From positions 47,462 to 111,461 of the IMG/VR virus record IMGVR_UViG_3300036859_000864: a stretch of 64,000 nucleotides of DNA; one strand, written 5' to 3'. Below the pieces are notes generated by a model. The model searched no databases. It was not told the origin of the DNA and was given only the letters and a program-made list of their open reading frames with translations. The translations under genes were made by a program, and so were the position numbers. This stretch comes from a virus. Each line of letters opens with the position of its first letter. Positions within the stretch are counted from its first letter, which is position 1. Below, in pieces: positions 37,550-47,311 of this stretch.

Positions 37550-38137
37550 ATGGAAACAAATAGGCGCAGCGTTCTACTCAAAGTCGCTCTGTTGATGCTC
37601 GTGTTCGTGGTTGCGTTCGTGGCTCACACGGTGAAGGCGAACGGCAATTCGTTGACCGTAAACGGTCGGTGGGCGGGAACCGGATTTGCCAACGCGGCGT
37701 TCGATTTCAACAACGACGGCATCTTCGCGCGATCATTTGATGTGAAAACGTACGACCAGCTCCCGTTCGCTGGGATGGAAGGAGTCGCCGACACCGGATT
37801 GATCAGCGTGGGATCTTGCGGCACCGCAAACTCCTTCGAGCTCCAACCCTTCGGTAAGATCACGTTTCGTGGTCGCTTCGGTGAAGCTCTCTACGCCGAG
37901 GTGGACCCTGCGGCACCGAATCTTTGCTTCGAACCAGCCAACCCGAGCGAGATTCTGACAATTCGTTTCGTCGGTGGAACCGGCATCTATCTCCACGCAA
38001 CCGGAACGGGGACGATGACGTTCCACGACTTCGCTCGAATAGAGAAGCCGGTCACGCTCCCCGGTTTCCCGTTCCTCATTCCGGCCCCACTCATGATCGA
38101 CTCCCATGGGGAGTTCGTGCTGCACATCAACCTGTAG
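37550..38137 (+). CDS. secreted beta-barrel protein (allene-oxide-cyclase/dirigent-like)
   Basis: Signal peptide; FVGGTGIY..ATG.G motif. Confidence 0.5.
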   Translation: METNRRSVLLKVALLMLVFVVAFVAHTVKANGNSLTVNGRWAGTGFANAAFDFNNDGIFARSFDVKTYDQLPFAGMEGVADTGLISVGSCGTANSFELQPFGKITFRGRFGEALYAEVDPAAPNLCFEPANPSEILTIRFVGGTGIYLHATGTGTMTFHDFARIEKPVTLPGFPFLIPAPLMIDSHGEFVLHINL

Positions 38138-38662
38138 CGGGAATCCAAATGAAGCACCCGGCGACCGTCGCGTTATTTCTCTTCGGATGCGTGCCTCAAG
38201 CACATTCCGGGGAAGATTCTAGACGTCTCTTCGTAAGAGACGTCAGCGCGGCGGTCGCCGACTGCGCGCGCCGAGGAGCTCCTCGGGTGTGCCCCGAGGC
38301 CGATCGGTTGTCGCGTGAGTATTTCGAGCACAGGTAGTTGAAATGAAGCATCGCAAACCTCGACAAGAAGAACGCCACGGAGGACATGGGACTATGACAA
38401 CAAGCGCAAAAACCAGCGACGGAGCGAAGTACCGAGCAATCATCGACGCAGCGGAGAAACGTCTCTCCAAACAGGTCAAAGCGAGCGAGGCCCAGGACGG
38501 GGACGACGCCGCCCAGGATGAGTTCAGCGATCCCCTTATGGCAACGAACGCGATCGCGCGTCACCGGTCCTTCTTGCCGTTCGTCGAGGCCGGGCTTCTT
38601 CCTGCGAGCATCGCGATTCGCATGGCCGTGGAGGGGAACTCCGCGCTGGCTCAGGTCGACGA

Positions 38663-39310
38663 ATGAGCCTCTTGCAGAGAGAGAGCCCGCTGATTTGGAA
38701 GCGCGCCCTGGCGCTCGCCACTGGCACGACTGGGATGGTGTATCTACCGAAGCTCCCAGCTCCAGACGGCACCGTCTGGGCCTGTGGTGGCGGCGGCACC
38801 GGTTCCCCAAAGCCGGAACCGAGACGCAAACGGAGAGACGTCGCGTTCCCGATCTTCCCTGAAGAGGGAGATCCGGAACTCGACGAGCCGAACGAGCACG
38901 AGCCCAAGCCGAATGCGCGGGCAGCTGTTTTCGTTCCCGACGGCGCCGTCGAGTGGCTCTTGCACGAGGTTGGCCACTGGCTTGCTGCGACTCCGGCCGA
39001 ACGCGCGCAGCGGAATTACGGGCTAACTGCGGCTCAGCACGGACACGACGGCGATCGCGAATGGCAAGCGTGGTCGTTCGAGGAGATCGTGCTCGCGCCG
39101 TTCGGGCCGAGTCGGCTCTTTGCGCCACCGTCGCAGCGTGACGGAGCGGCGTTTGCCAAATCGGGCCCGATGCCGACTCGGCATCTTCGACACATCGACG
39201 CGCGGCTCCGCGAAGAGGACGTCGACATCGCTGCATGGCGCGCGGTTTACGGCGAGTGGGTTCGGTGGGGCCTCGGGAAGACGGTTCGGCCCTGGGACCG
39301 CGTGAACTAG
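38663..39310 (+). CDS. HExxH protein (zincin-like)
   Basis: LLHEVGHWLAA...R...NYGL...E..A. Confidence 0.5.
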   Translation: MSLLQRESPLIWKRALALATGTTGMVYLPKLPAPDGTVWACGGGGTGSPKPEPRRKRRDVAFPIFPEEGDPELDEPNEHEPKPNARAAVFVPDGAVEWLLHEVGHWLAATPAERAQRNYGLTAAQHGHDGDREWQAWSFEEIVLAPFGPSRLFAPPSQRDGAAFAKSGPMPTRHLRHIDARLREEDVDIAAWRAVYGEWVRWGLGKTVRPWDRVN

Positions 39311-39392
39311 GTGGCACTCGTGAAGCAACGTGTGCCGGCGTCTCCGGCGGACTGAGTTACGCAACGTCTGAATATTGGAAGGACCGAACACC

Positions 39393-39755
39393 ATGAACAA
39401 CACCGACAAGATCGAAGCCTGCGCCCGAGCTGCCCACGAGGCGAACCGCGCCTACTGCATCGCCATCGGCGACACGTCACAACCGTCGTGGGACGACGCG
39501 CCTCAGTGGCAGAAAGATAGCGCCATCAACGGGGTGGACGGCGTGCTCAAGGGCAACACGCCGCACGAATCGCACGTCTCGTGGCTCGCGGAGAAGGAGC
39601 GCACGGGTTGGAAGTACGGCCCGGTGAAGGACCCCGAGAAGAAGGAGCATCCGTGCTTCGTCGCTTACGACCAGCTCCCGCCGGAGCAGCGCCAGAAGGA
39701 TGCCGTGTTCGTCGGGACCGTGCGGACGATGGCGACCGCGCTCGGGCTCGTCTAG
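39393..39755 (+). CDS. RyR-domain phage protein
   Basis: HEANRAYC...W.DAP.WQ.DSA..GV; H.SW...K...GWKYGPVKDPEKKEHPC.V.YDQLP.EQ..KD. Confidence 0.85.
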   Translation: MNNTDKIEACARAAHEANRAYCIAIGDTSQPSWDDAPQWQKDSAINGVDGVLKGNTPHESHVSWLAEKERTGWKYGPVKDPEKKEHPCFVAYDQLPPEQRQKDAVFVGTVRTMATALGLV

Positions 39756-39914
39756 GTCGACGATTCACATGGCATCCCTGAAGCAGTGGGTAACAGCTAT
39801 CCGTGAGGAGCTGAGAAAATCTGAAATGAAATTCATCGATTATCTCCTCTCGTTCATTCTTCTCATTTTCTGCTTTGCTCTCGCGTGGATGTGCGTCACC
39901 GGAGTGATTCAACT

Positions 39915-41075
39915 GTGAACGAGATCATCGAGATGTTTTGGGAGTGCCTCTCCTGTCATCAGGCTCCTCGCAACCGTGGGCGTTTCAAGGAGTGCGAGAA
40001 GTGCGGAGCGCCGCGGACTACGGACAGCCCCGAGTACATGCCGGACGACATCCAAGCGGCGCCATCCGTTGAAGATCCCGAGCTCCTACGAAAGTTCAAA
40101 GCGGGCGCCGACTGGAAGTGTCGGTACTGCGGATCGAGCGCGTTCCGCGCCGACGGATGCTGCGCGCAGTGCGGATCCCCGCAAGGCGAGTCGACGGCTC
40201 TAGAAACCGCTTCGACGGAACCGTCTTCCGTTTCGGTGGAGGAGCCCCCTGCGCTACGGCGCAGAATCCCGGATTGGGCCGTTCGAGTCATCGCTGCGGG
40301 TCTTTTGCTCTCGCTTGCAGGCTGGTTGGTTTTTCGAGAACGAACGTACGACGTGACGGTGCAGAGCGTTTCTTGGACGTCTACGGTGCACCTCGAGCGG
40401 TACTCTGTCCACAGTCACGAGAGCTTCATGGAAGGCGTCTCCGTCGGATCTTTTGATCGGACGCCGCTCGGTATACGACATCATCACGACGAGAAACTTC
40501 TCGATCACTACGACACGGTTCCGTATTCGGTATCGGAGCTGGCGGGCTACCGAAGCGAAAGCTACAGCGCGAGCGAAGCTTGCGGGCAATCGTGCTACAC
40601 GACGCCGCGTAGCTGCACCTCTAACCGCAACGGTTCGGCGACCTGTACTGGCGGTGGAGAGCGCTGCTCGACGAAGTATTGCTCGGTCTCTCGTACGCGA
40701 CAGGTTCCCTACTACCACGACGTCACGCACTATCGGCAGGAACCTCGATACCGATACGAGCCTCGTTTTGCCGTGTGGTATAGCTGGCGCGCTTGGGAGT
40801 GGGCGCCTGACCACGACGTGCGCAGGTCAGGTGCCGACACGAAGATCACTTGGCCGCCCTCGAAAGAACTGCTTCTCACGCTCGGCCCCGGAGAGCAGCA
40901 ACGTGAAGGTCGAGACACCAGCATGCGGGTCATTTTCACCGGAGACGACAAGACGTTCGACTACGTTCCGAAATCGCAAAGAGAGCTCGGTCTGTTGAAA
41001 CCGAGATCGCGTCACCGCATCAAAACGAACGCGCTCGGTAGCGTCACTCTCTTGGATTTGCCGAAAGGGATTTGA
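39915..41075 (+). CDS. double RanBP2-type Zn-finger membrane protein
   Basis: WEC..C...C..CGAPR and W.C.YCGS......C..CG; one TM helix; Cys-rich extracellular part. Confidence 0.7.
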   Translation: MNEIIEMFWECLSCHQAPRNRGRFKECEKCGAPRTTDSPEYMPDDIQAAPSVEDPELLRKFKAGADWKCRYCGSSAFRADGCCAQCGSPQGESTALETASTEPSSVSVEEPPALRRRIPDWAVRVIAAGLLLSLAGWLVFRERTYDVTVQSVSWTSTVHLERYSVHSHESFMEGVSVGSFDRTPLGIRHHHDEKLLDHYDTVPYSVSELAGYRSESYSASEACGQSCYTTPRSCTSNRNGSATCTGGGERCSTKYCSVSRTRQVPYYHDVTHYRQEPRYRYEPRFAVWYSWRAWEWAPDHDVRRSGADTKITWPPSKELLLTLGPGEQQREGRDTSMRVIFTGDDKTFDYVPKSQRELGLLKPRSRHRIKTNALGSVTLLDLPKGI

Positions 41076-41318
41076 CGTTGAGGATCCGACGCGACACCAG
41101 CACCGCCGCCATCCACATCGAGCTCTCCCCGCCGGAGGCTCGCGCGTTCTTCGAGGAGCTCTTGGATGTCCCCGGAGGGGCCCGTTTGCCGAAACTCAAG
41201 CAGGTGTGCCAAGGGCTCGGGGCTCTCTTCGCACCCGTCGAGCCCCAACGGAAACTGTCGGTGCTAGGGAAGAAGCGCTAGCCGTTCGACGTACCAAAGA
41301 GACAGGAGACACTTTCCA

Positions 41319-41927
41319 ATGAAGACGTTCATCGCAGCCCTCGTTTCCCTTGTACTGTTCGGTTGCAGCGGTGAGGCATTCACTGGGTTCACCCCCGGAG
41401 ATCCATCGTCAGCGGACGCCGATTCGACGATTCCGGCTGACGGCGGACCCGATGCGGTCCCGGCGAGCGCCACGGGTGGCAGCAGGGGGCTACTAGAGGA
41501 GGACGGGGGACCGAGCGGATCGGGTGGCGCAGGTACCGGCGGCACGGGTGGCACGGTCTCGACGGGAGGCTCGACCTCAAGCACCGGTGGGGCGCTTGGC
41601 ACTGGTGGCGCCGTCGGGTGTGCGCTCGTGACCCACGACAACGGTCTTGGGCAAATCTGGCAGGACTGTGTGCCGCTCGGCACCTACAATTTGAGCCAGG
41701 CGATGAAAGCCTGTGCGGCCTCCGGCGCCGTACAGTGTTTCGCCCGAGCCGCGTGCGGGCTGCAACTCGATACGGTGCGCGGGTACGACGGCGGTCAAGG
41801 ATGGCCCACCGGAGAATGGGGATATGGCTACAACGCTGCCGGCTACGTCGCGCCGGGCAACGGCGACGGGAATCTTCGCGGGAGCACCTGCGGGGGCTCC
41901 GTCCCTGGAACCAAAACCTGGAATTGA
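41319..41927 (+). CDS. lipoprotein with Gly-rich linker and Cys-rich domain (myxobacterial style)
   Basis: AGGAG RBS; LFGCSG lipobox; GTGG repeats. Confidence 0.65.
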   Translation: MKTFIAALVSLVLFGCSGEAFTGFTPGDPSSADADSTIPADGGPDAVPASATGGSRGLLEEDGGPSGSGGAGTGGTGGTVSTGGSTSSTGGALGTGGAVGCALVTHDNGLGQIWQDCVPLGTYNLSQAMKACAASGAVQCFARAACGLQLDTVRGYDGGQGWPTGEWGYGYNAAGYVAPGNGDGNLRGSTCGGSVPGTKTWN

Positions 41928-42006
41928 GCCGCGAAAAGACGGCTGAAAACGACCCGGGCGAAGACGATGTTGCCGATCACGCCGCGCGCGTGGCAACATG
42001 TAGTCC

Positions 42007-42405
42007 ATGCTCAAAACAGGCTTGGAGTTCGCGCCTGGAACGACCGACGAGTGCAAAAAGCTGATCGCTAGGTTGGTGCAACCCGAGCAGATCGTCAGCG
42101 CGTACCGTCAAGCCCGCGGGCAGTTCTCGACGAGCGACATCGTATTGACGGTCTCGGAGCAAGATCCGTCAGGGTTCGAAGCCGAGCCTCGACTCTCGTA
42201 CGTCAAGCGTATTCGAGACGCGAACAAGAAGGTTCCGCTTCTCATGACCGGACTCGCAGAGAAGTCAGCGCACGCGGTAGCGAAGATGCCGTTCGACTCG
42301 GAAGCGCTGTGGCTCATCATCGTGCGCGGCCCAAAGACGGTGCCGGCCATGTGCGTGCTTTTCGCGGTGCCTTACGAGACCACCGCTGTCGCTGCGCCGA
42401 ACTGA
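42007..42405 (+). CDS. hypothetical protein
   Basis: Protein-like ORF. Confidence 0.55.
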   Translation: MLKTGLEFAPGTTDECKKLIARLVQPEQIVSAYRQARGQFSTSDIVLTVSEQDPSGFEAEPRLSYVKRIRDANKKVPLLMTGLAEKSAHAVAKMPFDSEALWLIIVRGPKTVPAMCVLFAVPYETTAVAAPN

Positions 42406-42427
42406 ACCTGGAAAAGGACGGGAGACG

Positions 42428-42682
42428 ATGAGCAACGCGAAAACAGGAATCTGGAGCGCCATCGGCGCGGTACTTGGCGGCGCTGCGGGCGCGGCTGCGG
42501 GCAACTACGTTGCGCAGATGCGTCCTCGAGTTCGGTACGCGAACGCGAGCCGAAAGCGCAGTCGAGGTCAGCACATCGAAGATGCGATGGTGATGGGTGG
42601 CGCCGCGGGCGCTACGGTCGGCGCGTTCCTCGGCGGGACGATCGCCGGCGAGGAGACGCCTCCTCTACAGCTTCGAAAGTGA
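42428..42682 (+). CDS. glycine-zipper membrane protein
   Basis: Two GxxxG helices around a basic loop; GGAG RBS. Confidence 0.6.
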   Translation: MSNAKTGIWSAIGAVLGGAAGAAAGNYVAQMRPRVRYANASRKRSRGQHIEDAMVMGGAAGATVGAFLGGTIAGEETPPLQLRK

Positions 42683-42850
42683 ATCTTCTTCGTCTGATTT
42701 GCGGTACGTTCAGACCGCGCCGGCGCTGCTTTATCCTCTCTGGGCATGGTGAGGATCTTCGGCGACCGGCGTCTCTCGGTGCTCTCTCGGGAATCTCGAT
42801 CGCCGGCTTTCGATCGAACTCGAGTTGGACAGCGCTCGCTTGGTCGACGC

Positions 42851-43342
42851 TCAACGGGGCAAACGCGGTGGGCGCTTCGCGGGAGGCGGCAGGCTCGGGT
42901 CGCGCCTGGAGTCGGTAGAGTTCAAGCCGGGAACGACCAGCTCCAACAGCTCGCGCACGCCCGTCGGCGCCTCATCCCACTCTGAGGGGCGATCTGAGCG
43001 ACCGCCTCGATTGACGTGCCCGCGCAGTAGCAGGCTCGCAGTTCGGCGCGCATCTTCGATTCGAGCCAGGCGCTCGTCGTTGAGATCTTGCTCGAACTTC
43101 TCTCGTTGGTCGTCGAGCTTCTTGCCGAGACTCGCGGTCACCGCCTCCTTAGAAGCTTGCAGCACTTCGTACTGCTTTCGTTGCTCTTCGATGCGCGCCT
43201 CGAGCGCACCGACCAGTTTCGCATCTTTCCCACGCATCATACCCCACACCGCTCCGACGCCGGCGACCGCCATCGTGAGCAGGTAGGGGCCTACTCCGTG
43301 GGTGAGGTCTTGCGTAACGTTCGGTGGCGGGGTGTCGATCAC
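42851..43342 (-). CDS. N-terminal TM + coiled-coil protein (holin/spanin-like candidate)
   Basis: One TM helix then heptad-like helix. Confidence 0.45.
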   Translation of the reverse strand: MIDTPPPNVTQDLTHGVGPYLLTMAVAGVGAVWGMMRGKDAKLVGALEARIEEQRKQYEVLQASKEAVTASLGKKLDDQREKFEQDLNDERLARIEDARRTASLLLRGHVNRGGRSDRPSEWDEAPTGVRELLELVVPGLNSTDSRRDPSLPPPAKRPPRLPR

Positions 43343-43764
43343 GCCGGTTCAGGCTCCGACGGTGTTGCTGCGGGGGTGATCGCGGGCGGCGCGATCCCGA
43401 GCTTCTGCTCGATCTCGGCGAGTCTCAAATTGATCGTTTGCTGTTCGGTCGAGAGCTTGTGCGTTCGGTTTCGGAGCTGCTTGATCCACTTTGCGTGCTC
43501 ATCGCCGCGCTGTGTCTCTCGCTGGTAATGCTCCACGATCATGGTGCGGATGTCGTGCACCACTAGCAGGATGCGCTCGTCGCGCTTGTCGATTTGACCG
43601 AGCAGGTCTTGCTTGAAGTGCCCGAAAATCTCGATCACGTCTTCTGCCGTCGGGGGTTTGATCGGCTGGGTCTTGCCGAAGCTGCCCGATTGGGGCCGCT
43701 CGCCGTTGTCTTCAAGAGACTCGCCGGGAACTGGTGTGAGACGGTCGTCGTCGTGGTCGCTCAT
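43339..43764 (-). CDS. coiled-coil hypothetical protein
   Basis: ATGA coupling. Confidence 0.5.
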   Translation of the reverse strand: MSDHDDDRLTPVPGESLEDNGERPQSGSFGKTQPIKPPTAEDVIEIFGHFKQDLLGQIDKRDERILLVVHDIRTMIVEHYQRETQRGDEHAKWIKQLRNRTHKLSTEQQTINLRLAEIEQKLGIAPPAITPAATPSEPEPA

Positions 43765-44579
43765 GTGCGGCTCGGCTCGATCTGTTTCTTCGGTATGTAG
43801 TAGACGATGAGAGCTCCGCCGACCAGCACGGCGGCGCCCACGAGCACGATCGTTGCCCAGTGTATCGTTTTAGGTATCCCCTTGGCGGTTTCAGTGAGCC
43901 CTTGGGTAGTCGCTTGTACCAGATCGTGTACTTCCCCGAGCAGTTCGCCCGCGGAGTAGCCGATTAGCTGGATGACGCCCTTCGTGGAGATGTAGGCCCC
44001 CTCGATGCGGGCGCGGATCTCTTGTTGCAGGTCGAAGGACGGGACGTCGGGGAGTTGTAGAGGGACGTTCCAGAGTTTCGAGAGCGCGATCAGCTCTTGC
44101 GCGTAGTCGCCGCCGACACGCATGACGACGTCCTGGTGCCACTTGAGCATCGACGATGCGCCGGCGAGGATGTCAGCGCTGGACTTGTCCTTCCAGGCGT
44201 TCCATTGCGTCAAGATGTCGCCGCCCGGGTCTTTACCCCAGGTGCGCTTGCGTGTGAGAGCGAGCGAAGAGCAGAACTCGTGGTTCGCGTTCGGTGCGAT
44301 CTGCGCTTCGGTGAAGATGCCCGCCGGGCATTGCTTCGCGTCGGGTAGCCCTTCGAGGAGGTCGTTCAAATTACGCCAGAGCGCGATGTGCGCTGCGATG
44401 AATGGGTCCCACTCTTGTCGGTAGGCGAGCAGATCGCCGACATCGCCGAGTCCGATGCCGTTCAACCCGGAACTGAGCGATGGGTCGAGCGAGATGACTC
44501 GCCGTCCGCCGTAGTAAATCCCCTCTGGTCGTATGATGGGGCACTCTCCGAGGAACGCCGTTTCGTTGATCATCGTCAT
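43761..44579 (-). CDS. tail-anchored membrane protein (putative virion membrane protein)
   Basis: C-terminal TM (WATIVLVGAAVLVGGALIVYY) + PKK; GLNGIGLGD motif. Confidence 0.6.
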   Translation of the reverse strand: MTMINETAFLGECPIIRPEGIYYGGRRVISLDPSLSSGLNGIGLGDVGDLLAYRQEWDPFIAAHIALWRNLNDLLEGLPDAKQCPAGIFTEAQIAPNANHEFCSSLALTRKRTWGKDPGGDILTQWNAWKDKSSADILAGASSMLKWHQDVVMRVGGDYAQELIALSKLWNVPLQLPDVPSFDLQQEIRARIEGAYISTKGVIQLIGYSAGELLGEVHDLVQATTQGLTETAKGIPKTIHWATIVLVGAAVLVGGALIVYYIPKKQIEPSRT

Positions 44580-44755
44580 CGTCGTTTCTTCTTTCGAAAA
44601 GTGCTCGCGACTTCTTCGATGACCCATCCTGCTGCGGCGCTTACAACGCTCGTTGCGAGCACCGCAGGCCACGGCGATGCGGCGGCGGCGGCCGGAGGCA
44701 CCGGCACGCTCGAACCGAAACCGACGACGGGATGGCCTCCGTAACGGACGGTCAT
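44576..44755 (-). CDS. 59-aa membrane protein
   Basis: GHPVVGFG, TM helix, RKKKRR tail. Confidence 0.55.
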   Translation of the reverse strand: MTVRYGGHPVVGFGSSVPVPPAAAAASPWPAVLATSVVSAAAGWVIEEVASTFRKKKRR

Positions 44756-45615
44756 GACTTGTCTCGGACCCACGCCCTGAACGTCATCATTACGCCCATC
44801 TCCGGAACACCTGGCGTTGGTAGCTCGGCGGAGGAAGTCAACGGCGCTGTGATCGGCGCGTCGACCATGTAGCGGAACGCTCCCGGACCTAAATCGTCGT
44901 CCGAAGGCCAGTCCAGCGGGAGCAGTGACCCAGGAGGGTATGCGATAGCGTGCAACCCCGGTTGCCCCGCAGCGGCCTCCTCGAACATTCGAGTGCCTTG
45001 CGCGACGAATTCCGGAGGCAGCGGCACGCCGTCGATCCCGGCGACCGCGACGGCGATTCGCTGTCCCGCGTTCACGACGCTGTTCGCTTGAACGGGATGC
45101 CACCCCGACGTCGTCGCCGGCGTCGGTGTTACAGGCGCCGGCGTCGCGGGAGGAAGCGCCTTCGGTGTCGATGAGGGCGTCGGTGCGGGAGGCGTTACAG
45201 TGCACCCCGCCACTCTGGAAACTTCGGCCATGAACGCGCCGAACTTGTTCGGATCGGACATCCACGAGGCGTCGAACGGAGTGCCCGCCGCTTCGAGATT
45301 CGCTTTTGCCTTGTTGAAGGCGGCCGTGCGCTCGTCGGCGGACAGGCTCTCGCAATCTCTTTGCGGAGGTTTACGTAGCGCGTACGAAGCGAGAAGGTTG
45401 CCCCCCAGCAAGCCGCCGACTCCGCCGACTATAGTACCGACGGTGGCACCAACAGCGCCTTTATGGACGACGTTGCCGAGAACCGCTCCTCCAATTGCAC
45501 CTACGAAAAATCCAGCGATCGTCGCCGGTGCTGTAGCCCGCTCGTGCGCTAATTCACTCTCCGCGTCACCGAACCCGACAACCGGCGCGCCGTTCAAAAA
45601 TACTTGCTCGTTCAT
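44752..45615 (-). CDS. glycine-zipper membrane protein with Pro/Thr linker
   Basis: GAPVVGFG N-terminus; GxxxG helices. Confidence 0.6.
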   Translation of the reverse strand: MNEQVFLNGAPVVGFGDAESELAHERATAPATIAGFFVGAIGGAVLGNVVHKGAVGATVGTIVGGVGGLLGGNLLASYALRKPPQRDCESLSADERTAAFNKAKANLEAAGTPFDASWMSDPNKFGAFMAEVSRVAGCTVTPPAPTPSSTPKALPPATPAPVTPTPATTSGWHPVQANSVVNAGQRIAVAVAGIDGVPLPPEFVAQGTRMFEEAAAGQPGLHAIAYPPGSLLPLDWPSDDDLGPGAFRYMVDAPITAPLTSSAELPTPGVPEMGVMMTFRAWVRDKS

Positions 45616-46034
45616 GATGCTTTGCTCCAACCGTGTAGCGTAGCCGCGGTGCCCACAGCGAGGCTGGCTACCGTGAGAACAGCAATCGCGCGATCCCATC
45701 CCGACTTGGATGACGGTGGTGTGATGCCGGCTCCCTCGGGCGCGCCGGCGGGGATGTAGATGCCCGCCGCGCGAAAGCACCCCTGCACGAGGTCGCCCTT
45801 CTCGTCGCGCCCCCAAACCCGCGGCTCGATGCGGATGAGCGTCGTGACGCCCGGCAACGGAAAGCTTTCGGTCGCGCCGAGCGGCACAGCCGGATCGTCG
45901 ATGACGGCCTTCGCGCGTTGCGCCAAAGCGTCAGGCACGGGGCCGTCAGCGTCCGTCCAGCTTCTCCAACCGTCTGGAGTAGGTGCGACAGGGCACTGCG
46001 CCGCGAGTTGGGATCCTGCGCCGAATTGCGCCAT
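45612..46034 (-). CDS. tail-anchored membrane protein
   Basis: Small domain + GITPP linker + C-terminal TM. Confidence 0.55.
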   Translation of the reverse strand: MAQFGAGSQLAAQCPVAPTPDGWRSWTDADGPVPDALAQRAKAVIDDPAVPLGATESFPLPGVTTLIRIEPRVWGRDEKGDLVQGCFRAAGIYIPAGAPEGAGITPPSSKSGWDRAIAVLTVASLAVGTAATLHGWSKAS

Positions 46035-46116
46035 CCCAGGCTAGTCTACACGTGACACCTTGACACGTCCAACCGCAGGGGAGCAGTATTACGAAACGCA
46101 GACGGTTGAAATACGA

Positions 46117-46326
46117 ATGTCACACAAGGTTTTGGCTAAAACACCAGCAAAAACTGTAGTCACCACCTTCAGGTTCACACTCGAACAGCACCGCGCTATT
46201 GCAGATCGTGCCGCTCAGTCTGGGGCCCATGTGGGCGCTTGGGCACGCTCTATTCTGGTGCAAGCCGTCAACCAAAAGCCCCGTAAGGGGTATCTTCGCA
46301 TTCGAGAGCCGGACGGAGCGACCTGA
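46117..46326 (+). CDS. ribbon-helix-helix (MobC-like) DNA-binding protein
   Basis: TFRFT.EQ..AI..RA..SG..VGAWARS. Confidence 0.6.
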   Translation: MSHKVLAKTPAKTVVTTFRFTLEQHRAIADRAAQSGAHVGAWARSILVQAVNQKPRKGYLRIREPDGAT

Positions 46327-46931
46327 TGGATCCGCGTAAAATGATGGGCTTCCAGGCACCTGGCGATCAGAAGGTGCCGATCATGGTTCGCGACTGGAAC
46401 GCGATGAAGCTCGCGGTGTGGCGCAGCAAGGCCGGATGGGACATCGCCGAGCGCGAGGCCACCGCTATTCTGAATCGTTGTGAGCATGCGGAGGGTTGCC
46501 CCGCCGTGCACGACGAGACCAAACCGTGTCTGTCGGAACGTTACGAGAAGGAGCGCGCTCGAAACGAGGACGAGACGGACGACGAGTACGCTCAGGTTCC
46601 GGGCGTGCGCGTTCGAGAGGGTTGCCCTGATCGGGAGTTGCGCATGAGCGCGCTCGTCGTTCTCAATGCTGCTCGAATGTTCGCGCCGGTCGATGCGCGA
46701 CGGCCCGCCAACGAACCGTACTTCGCACCGAGCCGTGAGTATTTCAGCGAGGTGCTCTCGGAGCTAGGCGCCGCGCAGATCGAACTCGAAGTGCTACGCG
46801 AAGCACTCCGCGCGGCAGGCGTACCTTTGCCGTCGCCGAGCGCGGAGTTGACTACACTGAGCGAAGCCTTACTCACGGAGCGCGCACCGCCTCCGCAACT
46901 CTCACAACCGCTCGAGGAGCCCCCCACGTGA
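46326..46931 (+). CDS. hypothetical protein with Cys/His cluster
   Basis: C.H..GCP........CL...GCPD. Confidence 0.55.
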   Translation: MDPRKMMGFQAPGDQKVPIMVRDWNAMKLAVWRSKAGWDIAEREATAILNRCEHAEGCPAVHDETKPCLSERYEKERARNEDETDDEYAQVPGVRVREGCPDRELRMSALVVLNAARMFAPVDARRPANEPYFAPSREYFSEVLSELGAAQIELEVLREALRAAGVPLPSPSAELTTLSEALLTERAPPPQLSQPLEEPPT

Positions 46932-47311
46932 AATTCGTTCCTAGACACGCGCAGATCATCGGTCGCTTGGTTATCAAACCGCAGTCATCGACGATCATCA
47001 TGGGGGATCCGACGAAGGTCACAAAATTCCTCTTGGTGGACGCTGTCGGTGAAGGCGCCTCGAAGTCGGGGATCAAAGTCGGCGACTTGGTCGTGCCGAA
47101 AGCGTTGGCCCAGATCGTATTGGAGTCGGGCACTCGGTTCTGTCCGTATCTCGAAGAGAAGGACGTGGCGTTCTTCGTTCGAGGCGCGAACTTGAACGAC
47201 CTGCACGTGCAGACAGACTCCGCCGCCAAATACGTGCCGTTCGGTTCGCCGGAAGCTGCGGAACCGATCGGGGCGCAAGACGACCTCGAGCAAGCACAGG
47301 CGGCAGAATGA
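46928..47311 (+). CDS. GroES-like co-chaperonin
   Basis: MKFVP.H..I......S.II.......V.AVGEG....IKVGDLVV...L.EKDV..FV follows the Cpn10 pattern; GAGGAG RBS. Confidence 0.65.
   Translation: MKFVPRHAQIIGRLVIKPQSSTIIMGDPTKVTKFLLVDAVGEGASKSGIKVGDLVVPKALAQIVLESGTRFCPYLEEKDVAFFVRGANLNDLHVQTDSAAKYVPFGSPEAAEPIGAQDDLEQAQAAE

Noticed and set aside
46060-46092. Perfect TTGACA upstream of the RHH gene
   Set aside because: No acceptable -10 at 16-18 nt spacing; a divergent promoter region is likely but cannot be placed
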